Below are positions 1-7,815 of a stretch of 64,000 nt of DNA, piece by piece. Position 1 is the stretch's first letter. Each line of letters opens with the position of its first letter. The position numbers and the translations under genes are program-made. The notes below the pieces were generated by a model. It made no database searches. It saw only the letters and a program-made list of their open reading frames with translations, and had not been told where the DNA came from. The DNA comes from Bdellovibrionales bacterium (GTDB lineage: Bacteria > Bdellovibrionota > UBA1018 > CAIMNF01). The stretch covers positions 104,239 to 168,238 of the forward strand of contig JBEIJY010000002.1 in NCBI GenBank assembly GCA_040380025.1, written 5' to 3'.

Positions 1-21
1 GTTCCACGGTTCGGTCGGGGA

Positions 22-876
22 TTGAGGGTCACGGTTCTGTTTTTGGTTCTGGTGTCGCTTCAGTCCTGCAAAAAGGACGCATGGTTCGGGCAGGGGTTCG
101 ATACGATGGTGATCCGGTGCCGGAAGGGAGCACACCCATGCTCGGGGATTGCAAATGTTCTTTTTTCTGGAAAAAAAGTAGCCCGTGCTTTTGAGTTCCA
201 AGAAGGGACGCTGTATCAGGAAGCCTGGGGGGATTCCTACAGCCAGGTGAACAAGCTCTTCGGCGCCACTGATTGTGGCGATGTGCTCGATCCGCGCAAC
301 AATAGCGCCATGGTGGGCTTTCGGCATTTGGCCGGAACCGATCAGATCGAGATTCTGGGGTACGTCCATCGTGAGGATGCCTACCGGAACGGATACAACT
401 TCCGGCATACGAATCTTTGGGTGGTGCCGCGGGGAACGCGGGTCGCCCTTGAGATCTCGACAGCAGGACCGTATTACCGGTTCACGGCGAACGGTGATAC
501 CGATTTGCTGATGAAGCGATTCTGCAATCGTCCGAATTTTCAGGGCCGCATGATCGGAACCTGGTTCGGGGGACAGCGACCCGCTCCGCAGGCGATGCGG
601 ATTCAACACGAACCGGGAGTGACAATCGAGTCGGTCTTTCCGAAAACGCTTCGAATCATGGACCAGGATAACCTGTGCTCGAAGGGACTGGATCCGCTTG
701 AATATCTGGTTCAGCACGAATCGGGAATCTACTCGGCGTATGAGTCCGAGTGCGGGGCGGGGAACCTCGAAGTGCAGTATCTGGGCTGTGATGCGAAGAT
801 GAACGGAACTCCCGGGGCAGAAACCAGTGTCGATTCGGAGCGGGGGTTCCGCTACCGGATCAGCTGCGGATCCTGA
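22..876 (+). CDS. Hypothetical lipoprotein
   Basis: 284-aa ORF with TTG start; hydrophobic N-terminus ending in lipobox-like LQSC; no family recognised. Confidence 0.6.
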   Translation: MRVTVLFLVLVSLQSCKKDAWFGQGFDTMVIRCRKGAHPCSGIANVLFSGKKVARAFEFQEGTLYQEAWGDSYSQVNKLFGATDCGDVLDPRNNSAMVGFRHLAGTDQIEILGYVHREDAYRNGYNFRHTNLWVVPRGTRVALEISTAGPYYRFTANGDTDLLMKRFCNRPNFQGRMIGTWFGGQRPAPQAMRIQHEPGVTIESVFPKTLRIMDQDNLCSKGLDPLEYLVQHESGIYSAYESECGAGNLEVQYLGCDAKMNGTPGAETSVDSERGFRYRISCGS

Positions 877-886
877 TCCCCGAGAC

Positions 887-1753
887 TCAGCGGCCCTCGT
901 CCTCGAGCGCCGCTTTGATTCGAAGATAGCTTTCAAATCGCGGCAGATGCGAGTACTCCTGCCGCTTGACCTGAAGCTCGTACATCTCGGGAAAGTATTG
1001 AATCAGCGTTTTCGGATCGACCCCGATCAGGCCGAACTCCTTGATGCCGGGAGTATCGATGAACCGGGTTCCTTCGCCGGCCGGAATCATCTTCGAGACC
1101 GTGGTCGTGTGCTTGCCTTTGCCGGTGGCTCCGCTCACTACTCCCACCTTGCCCACGGCTTCTCCGAAGAGCTCCGAGAGGAGCGAGGTTTTTCCCACAC
1201 CCGAGTGCCCGCAGAAGACTGAGGTCTTGCCCCGAAGGGCGTTTCTGAGTTCCTCGATTCCCGATTTTTCTCGGGTCGAGACCGGAAAACACTGGTAGCC
1301 CAAGTCTGAATAGAGCTTCCACGGAGACTCCTCTCCCGAGCGCAGATCCATTTTGTTGATCACGATCAGAGGGATGATTCCCGCCGCAGAGGTCGAGATC
1401 AAAAAGCGATCGACCAGCCCGGGTGAGAAATCCGGCTCATGGAGCGAGGTCGTGATGACCACGTAATCCAGATTGGCCGCGATCGTGTGCATGATCTTGC
1501 CTTCACGCCCCGGGGCTTTTCTGGAGATCGAATTTTTTCTGGGAATCACTTCTTCGATGACGCCGTCGCTTCCGCCAAAGGTTTTGATTCGGACCCGGTC
1601 GCCAGGCGCCACCGGAGACCGCTCGCGCCACTCGGCATCCCGATCGACGATCTGCCCGCGCCGGTAGGTGCACAGGATCCGTTTCGATTCGTCCGAATCG
1701 GGAATGACGTTCGCCATTTTGGGGAACACCTCGCTGATGACGCCTTCAACCAT
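887..1753 (-). CDS. rsgA: Ribosome small subunit-dependent GTPase A
   Basis: Circularly permuted GTPase motifs NKMD, GHSGVGKTS, GKHTTT, DTPG; N-terminal OB-fold (VAPGDRV). Confidence 0.92.
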   Translation of the reverse strand: MVEGVISEVFPKMANVIPDSDESKRILCTYRRGQIVDRDAEWRERSPVAPGDRVRIKTFGGSDGVIEEVIPRKNSISRKAPGREGKIMHTIAANLDYVVITTSLHEPDFSPGLVDRFLISTSAAGIIPLIVINKMDLRSGEESPWKLYSDLGYQCFPVSTREKSGIEELRNALRGKTSVFCGHSGVGKTSLLSELFGEAVGKVGVVSGATGKGKHTTTVSKMIPAGEGTRFIDTPGIKEFGLIGVDPKTLIQYFPEMYELQVKRQEYSHLPRFESYLRIKAALEDEGR

Positions 1754-1831
1754 TCATTGATTCCTCTGCACGAGGCGAACAGTACGAAATTCCCGTGACT
1801 CCGTCAAAGAGATGCTCCAGAATCAGAAAAA

Positions 1832-2572
1832 ATGAAGGCATCCGGATCTTTTCGTCTTCTTACGATGTTCATGATCGGGTTTCCGGTCATTTATCCGCTC
1901 GGTGCAGCGCTGGTGTTCCAGCTTCCGCTGAAGGGTCTGGGCGCGATCGTCCTGTCTCCTCTTTTTTATCTTGCCACTGCGCTTTGGATTGCAACCGGCA
2001 CCGGGCTTCAGTCCTTCCGGCACTGGGCTTGGTATACCTTTTTGGTCGCACAGGGGATTGTGGCCTGGTTCAATGCCCAGATTGTTCTCAATTACAGTGA
2101 GTCTCCGATCAAGGGGTACTCATTCTTTCTGGTGTTTGCGCTTCAGTTCCTGTTCATCCGGTTCGTCTCGCGCGAGGTGCGGGTGCCTTATTTGTTCCCG
2201 AGAATCCACTGGTGGAAGAGCGGAATCGAGGCGATCCGCTCGCTCGAGGTCCAGTTCACGGTCATGAGAGAGTCTGAAATCCCGCTGAGCGGGCAGGTCC
2301 TCGATTTGAGCCCCCGGGGGTGTTTCATGAAAACCCCGCTTGAGTTCGGGGCGGGTGAGCAGGTTTCCATGCAGTTGAACGCCTACGGGCAGGATCTGGT
2401 CGTCAAGGGAGAGATTGTCTGGATCGCACCCAGTACCGTGACCCATCCGCGCGGGATCGGGATCCGGTTCGAGGAGTTGGATCGGCAGACGAGGCGAAAA
2501 ATCCGCACGATGGCGCGGTCGTTTGATCAAGAAAAGGAGCGTTCCGGTGGAACTTCAGTCTTACCTTCGTGA
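1832..2572 (+). CDS. Membrane protein with C-terminal PilZ domain
   Basis: About 4 N-terminal TM segments, then DLSPRGCF (DxSxxG) and GEIVW...GIGIRFEEL typical of PilZ. Confidence 0.8.
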   Translation: MKASGSFRLLTMFMIGFPVIYPLGAALVFQLPLKGLGAIVLSPLFYLATALWIATGTGLQSFRHWAWYTFLVAQGIVAWFNAQIVLNYSESPIKGYSFFLVFALQFLFIRFVSREVRVPYLFPRIHWWKSGIEAIRSLEVQFTVMRESEIPLSGQVLDLSPRGCFMKTPLEFGAGEQVSMQLNAYGQDLVVKGEIVWIAPSTVTHPRGIGIRFEELDRQTRRKIRTMARSFDQEKERSGGTSVLPS

Positions 2573-3014
2573 GGCGCTGAAACAGGCCGAAAAGGCGGGT
2601 GCCATCGAGGAAGTGCCCGTCGGCGCCGTGATCGTCCATGAGGGCAAGGTCATTGGAACCGGGTTCAATACCCGTGAAACCACGCAAGATCCGCTCGGGC
2701 ATGCCGAGATCAACGCCATCCGCGTGGCCGCAAGCGCCTTGGGTTCGTGGAGGCTGCTCGATTGCGATTTGTATGTGACGCTCGAGCCTTGTCCGCTTTG
2801 TCTTTCGGCCTGCCAGCAGGCCAGGATCCGAAAGGTCGTGTACGGAGCAAAGGACGAAAAAGGCGGAGCGATTTGCCTTGGGTTTCATGTTCATGATCAT
2901 CCCAAGCTGAATCACCGGTTCGAGGTGATCCATTCCCCGATGGAGGAGTGCTCGAAGATCCTGAAGGACTTCTTCGCACGCCGCCGGACCGAGAAGAAGT
3001 CCACCCGTTCCTGA
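2547..3014 (+). CDS. tadA: tRNA adenosine(34) deaminase
   Basis: EVPVGAVIV, HAE, TLEPCPLC motifs; GTG at 2547 preceded by AAGGAG. Confidence 0.87.
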   Translation: MELQSYLREALKQAEKAGAIEEVPVGAVIVHEGKVIGTGFNTRETTQDPLGHAEINAIRVAASALGSWRLLDCDLYVTLEPCPLCLSACQQARIRKVVYGAKDEKGGAICLGFHVHDHPKLNHRFEVIHSPMEECSKILKDFFARRRTEKKSTRS

Positions 3015-3072
3015 TCAAAAACAATCATTCTGCGCGTGCAAAGAGCCCTCGGGTTCATGCTAGGCTCCCCCC

Positions 3073-4368
3073 ATGGACGGTACGTTTCTCGATCGGGTGT
3101 TTCGCGTTTTGACCAGCCGAAGAATGGCCACGGTTCTTCTGCTCGGATTCTCCTCGGGCCTTCCCTTGGGTCTCACCGGCAGTACGCTTCAGGCGTGGAT
3201 GACCCACGAGGGGGTCAATCTCAGGACTATCGGAATCTTCGCTCTGGTTGGCCTTCCTTACACGATCAAGTTTCTTTGGTCGCCCTTCATGGACCGCTAT
3301 GTTCCGCCCTTGTTCGGTCGACGACGCGGTTGGCTTCTGCTCACTCAGCTCCTCCTCGTGGCCTCCATCGCGGGCATGGCAGTGACCGATCCCAAGGAGC
3401 AATCGATGATCATGGCGACCATCGCTTTTTTGGTCGCGTTCTTTAGTGCAAGTCAGGACATCGTGGTCGATGCGTATCGGACCGATGCCCTGGCCCCCGA
3501 AGAATACGGATTGGGGTCGGGAGCCTATGTGCTGGGCTATCGGCTTGCGATGCTGATGAGCGGGGCGGTCGCGCTCATTCTTGCCGATCAGATGCCGTGG
3601 AAGCAGGTGTATCTCGTCATGGCTCTTTGCATGGGGGTCGGAATCCTGACCACGCTTTTTTTGGCGCCCGAGCCCGAAACCAAAGAGCCGCCTCCTCATA
3701 ATCTTCGCGAGGCGATCGTCGATCCCTTGGTTGATTTTTTTTCGCGCCGGGGGTCGTTCGAGATCCTCGGATTCATTATTCTCTACAAGCTCGATGTCGT
3801 GGTCGCGCTTGCGCTTAGTACGACGTTTCTTTTGCAGGTCGGGTTCTCGAACACGGATATCGGGGCCGTGAACAAGGGAGTCGGGCTCGTGGCCACCATT
3901 GTGGGGACTCTTTCGGGTGGAGCGTTGATGACGGCGCTCGGAATGAAGCGCTCTCTATGGATTTTTGGGATTTTGCAGGGGGCGGGGAATGGATTGTTCG
4001 TGGCCCTTGCCCACTTTGGCAAAGTGTACCCGCTCATGGTGGGAGCGGTTGCGCTCGAGAATCTCTTCAGCGGCATGGGGAATGCCGCTTACGCCGCTTT
4101 CATGATGAGCCTTTGCAATAAGAAGTTCTCGGCGACCCAATATGCGCTTTTGACGAGCCTGATGGCCCTGACCCGGGTTCTTGCGGGATCGGCGAGCGGA
4201 TTCCTGGCTGAGCGCCTGGGGTGGGAGCATTACTTCATGGTCGCGATCAGCCTCATGATTCCGGGGCTTTTGCTGCTAACCCGCTATGATCATTGGGCAA
4301 CGCTTCGCGAAAAAGCGCTCGATGAGGGAGCCAATCCCGAAAAATGGGAGGTTGCTAAAAACCGCTAA
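3073..4368 (+). CDS. ampG: AmpG-family muropeptide MFS permease
   Basis: GFSSGLP, KFLWSPFMD, GRRRGW, SASQDIVVDAYR, ATQYALL motifs. Confidence 0.92.
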   Translation: MDGTFLDRVFRVLTSRRMATVLLLGFSSGLPLGLTGSTLQAWMTHEGVNLRTIGIFALVGLPYTIKFLWSPFMDRYVPPLFGRRRGWLLLTQLLLVASIAGMAVTDPKEQSMIMATIAFLVAFFSASQDIVVDAYRTDALAPEEYGLGSGAYVLGYRLAMLMSGAVALILADQMPWKQVYLVMALCMGVGILTTLFLAPEPETKEPPPHNLREAIVDPLVDFFSRRGSFEILGFIILYKLDVVVALALSTTFLLQVGFSNTDIGAVNKGVGLVATIVGTLSGGALMTALGMKRSLWIFGILQGAGNGLFVALAHFGKVYPLMVGAVALENLFSGMGNAAYAAFMMSLCNKKFSATQYALLTSLMALTRVLAGSASGFLAERLGWEHYFMVAISLMIPGLLLLTRYDHWATLREKALDEGANPEKWEVAKNR

Positions 4369-4401
4369 ATTTTATCGGGTATTGGTCCGAACAGAGGAGG
4401 T

Positions 4402-4953
4402 ATGGTCGGACCCAAGGCAAATCTCCTTCGGAGAATCGGATCGAGCCTCGTCGACGGAGCCCTGGAGCTCACGGGGGGGCTCTTGGGTTCGTACCTCGGA
4501 GCCATGGTCGCGGCGCTCGTGACAGTCATGCACGAGGAGGCCGCCGCCGAGACCATGCAAAGCTCGATGAAGAGCGGTTTCGGGATCGGTTTTGCATTCT
4601 GGGCGCTCTCGATTTCATTCTTGAATCGGGTGCTGATCCAAGGCATCTCGCGCGCCTCCATCGGCAAAAAACTCTTTCATCTCGAGCTGGTTTCGGCCCG
4701 CGATTCGATGACCTGGGGACGGGTAACGGGACGCTGGGTGCTCTCGGTCGGATCGCTCGTCGTGCTCGGGGCCGGCTACTGGTTCATGCTCTTGAACCGC
4801 GAACGGCGCACCCTCCATGATTTGGTCGCAGGCACGGATGTGGTGCCCGCCTCGGGGGGCGCAGGCGCCGATTCCGCCCCCCTTGCCCCTGTGATCGAGC
4901 TGCGCCCGAAAGCGGTCACAGACGAAAACAAAGACGAGAAAAAATCAGCCTAA
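4402..4953 (+). CDS. RDD family membrane protein
   Basis: RRIGSSLVD, SIGKKLFHLELV, RRTLHDLVAGTDVV; SD GAGGAGG. Confidence 0.8.
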   Translation: MVGPKANLLRRIGSSLVDGALELTGGLLGSYLGAMVAALVTVMHEEAAAETMQSSMKSGFGIGFAFWALSISFLNRVLIQGISRASIGKKLFHLELVSARDSMTWGRVTGRWVLSVGSLVVLGAGYWFMLLNRERRTLHDLVAGTDVVPASGGAGADSAPLAPVIELRPKAVTDENKDEKKSA

Positions 4954-5261
4954 TTGCCCGTCACGATCGTGCACATTTTTCCGTACACGCCGAGGATGCT
5001 CTTGTACTGATGATCGACCGAGCTGATCTCGGTGATCGCTCCGTTCTTCATGGCCGCCGAAAGAGACGCATCTCCCGAGGTAACCAGACCCACATAGTTT
5101 TGCGTGCAAGCCATGCCCCGTTTGCGGCCCGGCGGATTGGTGGTGACCATCACGCCCTCGATGTGGTCGGTCAGGATGAGTCCGGGGGCGGTCGAGGAGC
5201 GCGGAGTCGCGCAGGCCGAGAGAAGAATCACAGGAAGAATCCAAAGAAATCGCATGCTCAT
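4950..5261 (-). CDS. TRL-like family small lipoprotein
   Basis: Lipobox LSAC; GMACTQNYVGLVTSGDASLSAAMKNGAIT...VDH...CTIVTG pattern. Confidence 0.72.
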   Translation of the reverse strand: MSMRFLWILPVILLSACATPRSSTAPGLILTDHIEGVMVTTNPPGRKRGMACTQNYVGLVTSGDASLSAAMKNGAITEISSVDHQYKSILGVYGKMCTIVTGN

Positions 5262-5300
5262 GCCCTCATTGGAGCAGAAAACATACCCTGCGACAAGCGA

Positions 5301-5347
5301 TGCAAACTGCCCCCTTCATCGAGCACAATCAAAGGGGGCAGTTTTCA
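5301..5347. repeat. Core-less short form of the dispersed fold-back element (terminal inverted repeats only)
   Basis: AAACTGCCCCCTT...GCACAATCAAAGGGGGCAGTTT; matches the termini of the copies at 10255 and 63854. Confidence 0.75.
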
Positions 5348-5379
5348 AGCCGTGGGGGGATGTGATAAATCGACCGAAG

Positions 5380-6429
5380 ATGCACGAGACGATTCTCATA
5401 ACTGGAGCGGCCGGATACATCGGTTCTCATTTCGCCGAGGCCCTGATCGCAGCTCCGGAATGGACCCGAAAAAATCCGAAGCTCGTTTTTTTGGATGACC
5501 TGAGCTCGGGGCATCTGGAGTTTCTGCAAGAGCTGTCGGCCCTCGCCGTCGGTGCCGGAATGACGGAACCCGTCTTTGAGCGCGTCTCTCTTCAGGATGC
5601 CGAGGGGGTGCGGACAGCCCTGCTTCGTCATCGTCCCGCTGCGGTCGTGCATTTCGCCGCGAAGATCTCGGTCGCAGAATCGGTGCAAAATCCGGATCTT
5701 TATTTTTTGAACAACGTCGAGGGGTCAAAGAACCTGCTCTCGGCCATGCGGGAATCGAATTGCAAGAGGATGATTTTTTCGAGTACGGCTGCGGTGTACG
5801 GCGCGGTTGAAGATCCGGTCCGGGCAACCGGTCCCTTGTCCGAGGAAACCTCCCTCGCTCCGATCAATCCCTACGGCGAGACCAAGCTCAAAATGGAGCA
5901 AGAGATCGCCCGCGCCGGGGCGGAGTGGGGGCTTCGCAGTGTGGTCTTTCGGTACTTCAATGCGGCCGGCGCATCGGCCTCGGGACGTTTCGGAGAATGG
6001 CATGAGCCTGAGACGCATTTGATCCCGCTTCTTTTGCGCTCCATCGAATCGGGCAAGGCCCTCTCGGTTTTTGGGAATGATTATCCGACCCGCGATGGAA
6101 CCTGCATCCGGGATTACATTCATGTGTCGGATCTGGCGAGCGCGCACCTTCTCGGGCTCATGCGGCTTTTGGTCGAGGAAGCCTTTGCGGGCGGAACGTT
6201 CAACCTGGGCACCGAGACGGGCACCTCGGTACTTGAGGTAATTCATGCGGCCGAGCAGATCACCAAAAAGCGCGTGCCCTACGAGCTCAAAGACCGCCGA
6301 GCAGGTGACTCACCCGTGCTCGTCGCGGACTCCTCGCGGGCCCGCAAGGTTTTGGGATGGGTCCCCGTGCATTCCGGCATCGACATGATTGTTCGAACCG
6401 CATGGGACTGGGAGCAGAGAAAGAGTTGA
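5380..6429 (+). CDS. galE: UDP-glucose 4-epimerase
   Basis: GAAGYIGSH, FSSTAAVYG, YGETK, RYFNAAGA, DGTCIRDYIHV motifs. Confidence 0.93.
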   Translation: MHETILITGAAGYIGSHFAEALIAAPEWTRKNPKLVFLDDLSSGHLEFLQELSALAVGAGMTEPVFERVSLQDAEGVRTALLRHRPAAVVHFAAKISVAESVQNPDLYFLNNVEGSKNLLSAMRESNCKRMIFSSTAAVYGAVEDPVRATGPLSEETSLAPINPYGETKLKMEQEIARAGAEWGLRSVVFRYFNAAGASASGRFGEWHEPETHLIPLLLRSIESGKALSVFGNDYPTRDGTCIRDYIHVSDLASAHLLGLMRLLVEEAFAGGTFNLGTETGTSVLEVIHAAEQITKKRVPYELKDRRAGDSPVLVADSSRARKVLGWVPVHSGIDMIVRTAWDWEQRKS

Positions 6430-6432
6430 TTC

Positions 6433-6831
6433 CTATTTCGATGCTTTGAATGCGTCCGCAAGGATCTGGTTTGCCTTCGGGCCGCATTCCTGGATTTCTT
6501 GATAGGGAACCGTGCTTCCGTCGGCTTGATATTGAATGTCTTTGATCACCCGGGCGAATTTGGTTCCGCTTGGAACCAATGCCTGGATGACGTCCGACGC
6601 AAAGTATCCGATGGTGTCTACGTCAATTCCCGTCCGAAGTTGCTTTCCGATCGATTCCTTCGAACCAACCACGATCACGGGATCGGTCGAGTGGCTCGGA
6701 TTGCGGATTTCGATCTCGGAACCTCCGTTCACCAGAGAAATCTGAAAGGGTCCGCAAAGCGAATCTTCAGAAGTCTGGGCGTGGGAGGGAGTCTGAACCA
6801 GGGCAAGAGACAGAAGAAATGCGGTAATCAT
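6433..6831 (-). CDS. Hypothetical secreted protein
   Basis: Signal peptide (SHA-QT); two Cys; no family recognised. Confidence 0.6.
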   Translation of the reverse strand: MITAFLLSLALVQTPSHAQTSEDSLCGPFQISLVNGGSEIEIRNPSHSTDPVIVVGSKESIGKQLRTGIDVDTIGYFASDVIQALVPSGTKFARVIKDIQYQADGSTVPYQEIQECGPKANQILADAFKASK

Positions 6832-6923
6832 GAGCAGATTTGTACACTACTGCTTGCAGGCTGTCGAGAAAAACTGACACAATGCAAAATCCTGACAAAC
6901 ACTCGCTGGACTCAGAGCTTCAA

Positions 6924-7128
6924 GAAAATTGAGCCCTTTGAGAGTTCCTGATCAGTACGGTGTTTCGGGAAAGGGGCTGGGGAACAAAAAAGTTTTGCCG
7001 AAACACGCGAGCCACGAAGGCGAAAGCGAGGCCGGAGGACCCGGCTCGGAGGCAAAAACCTTTTTGTTTCCCAGCCCCTTTCCCAAACCACGGTACTGGG
7101 TCAAGCACACTCAAAGGGCTCAGTTTTC
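6924..7128 (+). repeat. Full-length ~205-bp fold-back element, copy 1
   Basis: ~75-bp imperfect inverted arms around core GCCGAAACACGCGAGCCACGAAGGCGAAAGCGAGGCCGGAGGACCCGGCTCGGAGGC; flanked by GCTTCAA/GCTTCAC. Confidence 0.9.
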
Positions 7129-7169
7129 GCTTCACGCGGGGGATCTACTTCATTTGGAGAGCATTTTCG

Positions 7170-7198
7170 TTGCAATTCGGGTGGGTTTTTTCTATTGT
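7170..7198 (+). promoter_or_regulatory. Putative sigma70 promoter
   Basis: TTGCAA-N17-TATTGT upstream of SD GAGGAG and ATG 7224. Confidence 0.5.
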
Positions 7199-7223
7199 GC
7201 GCCGCAGAACGGTGAGGAGTTTT

Positions 7224-7781
7224 ATGAAAAATCCATTTTTTTCGTTGGCGTTGATCGGAATCGTAGCCCTTTCTCAGTCGGGAGCGGCCTTGGCCGATCC
7301 ACAGGACCGCGAAAACCGGGCGCGAATCACTCTGAAGGTGATCGAAACCGACGCCGAAGGGCACACCCGTACTCATAAAATCGGAAAGCGTTCCAAGGTT
7401 CTGTTTTCGAAGACCCCGAAGGGAACCGTTCGATTGGCGGTTGACCCCGCGTGGGGCCTGACGGTGTTGGATCGGGTCGAGCCTGATTTCCAGCCCGGTG
7501 CATGGTCGATCAAGGGGCATCTTCCGCAATTGGTCATTGCCAAGCTGATCGAGCAGTCCTGCGACGTGGAGTGCCAGAGCGAGTATCTCTCCGTTCAGAA
7601 TAAAATCGCCGAGCTGAAGGCAAGCACCGGATTTTCGGATTACTTTTATGCCGGAGCATTCGAGGTTTCGGGCCCGACCATGGGCTATCTCGACGATTCC
7701 AGCGAATTCGAGCTGAAGTATCGGCTTTCAGAAGGAACCGAGCTCGTGGTCCGCGTGGACCTTCGTCGCTGGTGGCGCTAA
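7224..7781 (+). CDS. Hypothetical secreted protein
   Basis: ATG after GAGGAG; signal peptide ending ALA-D; the upstream ORF extension runs through the repeat and is spurious. Confidence 0.65.
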   Translation: MKNPFFSLALIGIVALSQSGAALADPQDRENRARITLKVIETDAEGHTRTHKIGKRSKVLFSKTPKGTVRLAVDPAWGLTVLDRVEPDFQPGAWSIKGHLPQLVIAKLIEQSCDVECQSEYLSVQNKIAELKASTGFSDYFYAGAFEVSGPTMGYLDDSSEFELKYRLSEGTELVVRVDLRRWWR

Positions 7782-7815
7782 CCGCTCAAACCGGGCGGAT
7801 TCGAACCATTCCACC

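Noticed and set aside
6997..7053. Element core as a hammerhead ribozyme (GA-GCC..GGC-GAAA..UC three-way topology)
   Set aside because: The required CUGANGA reads CACGCGA or CUCGCGA and stem III pairs poorly; the resemblance is only topological
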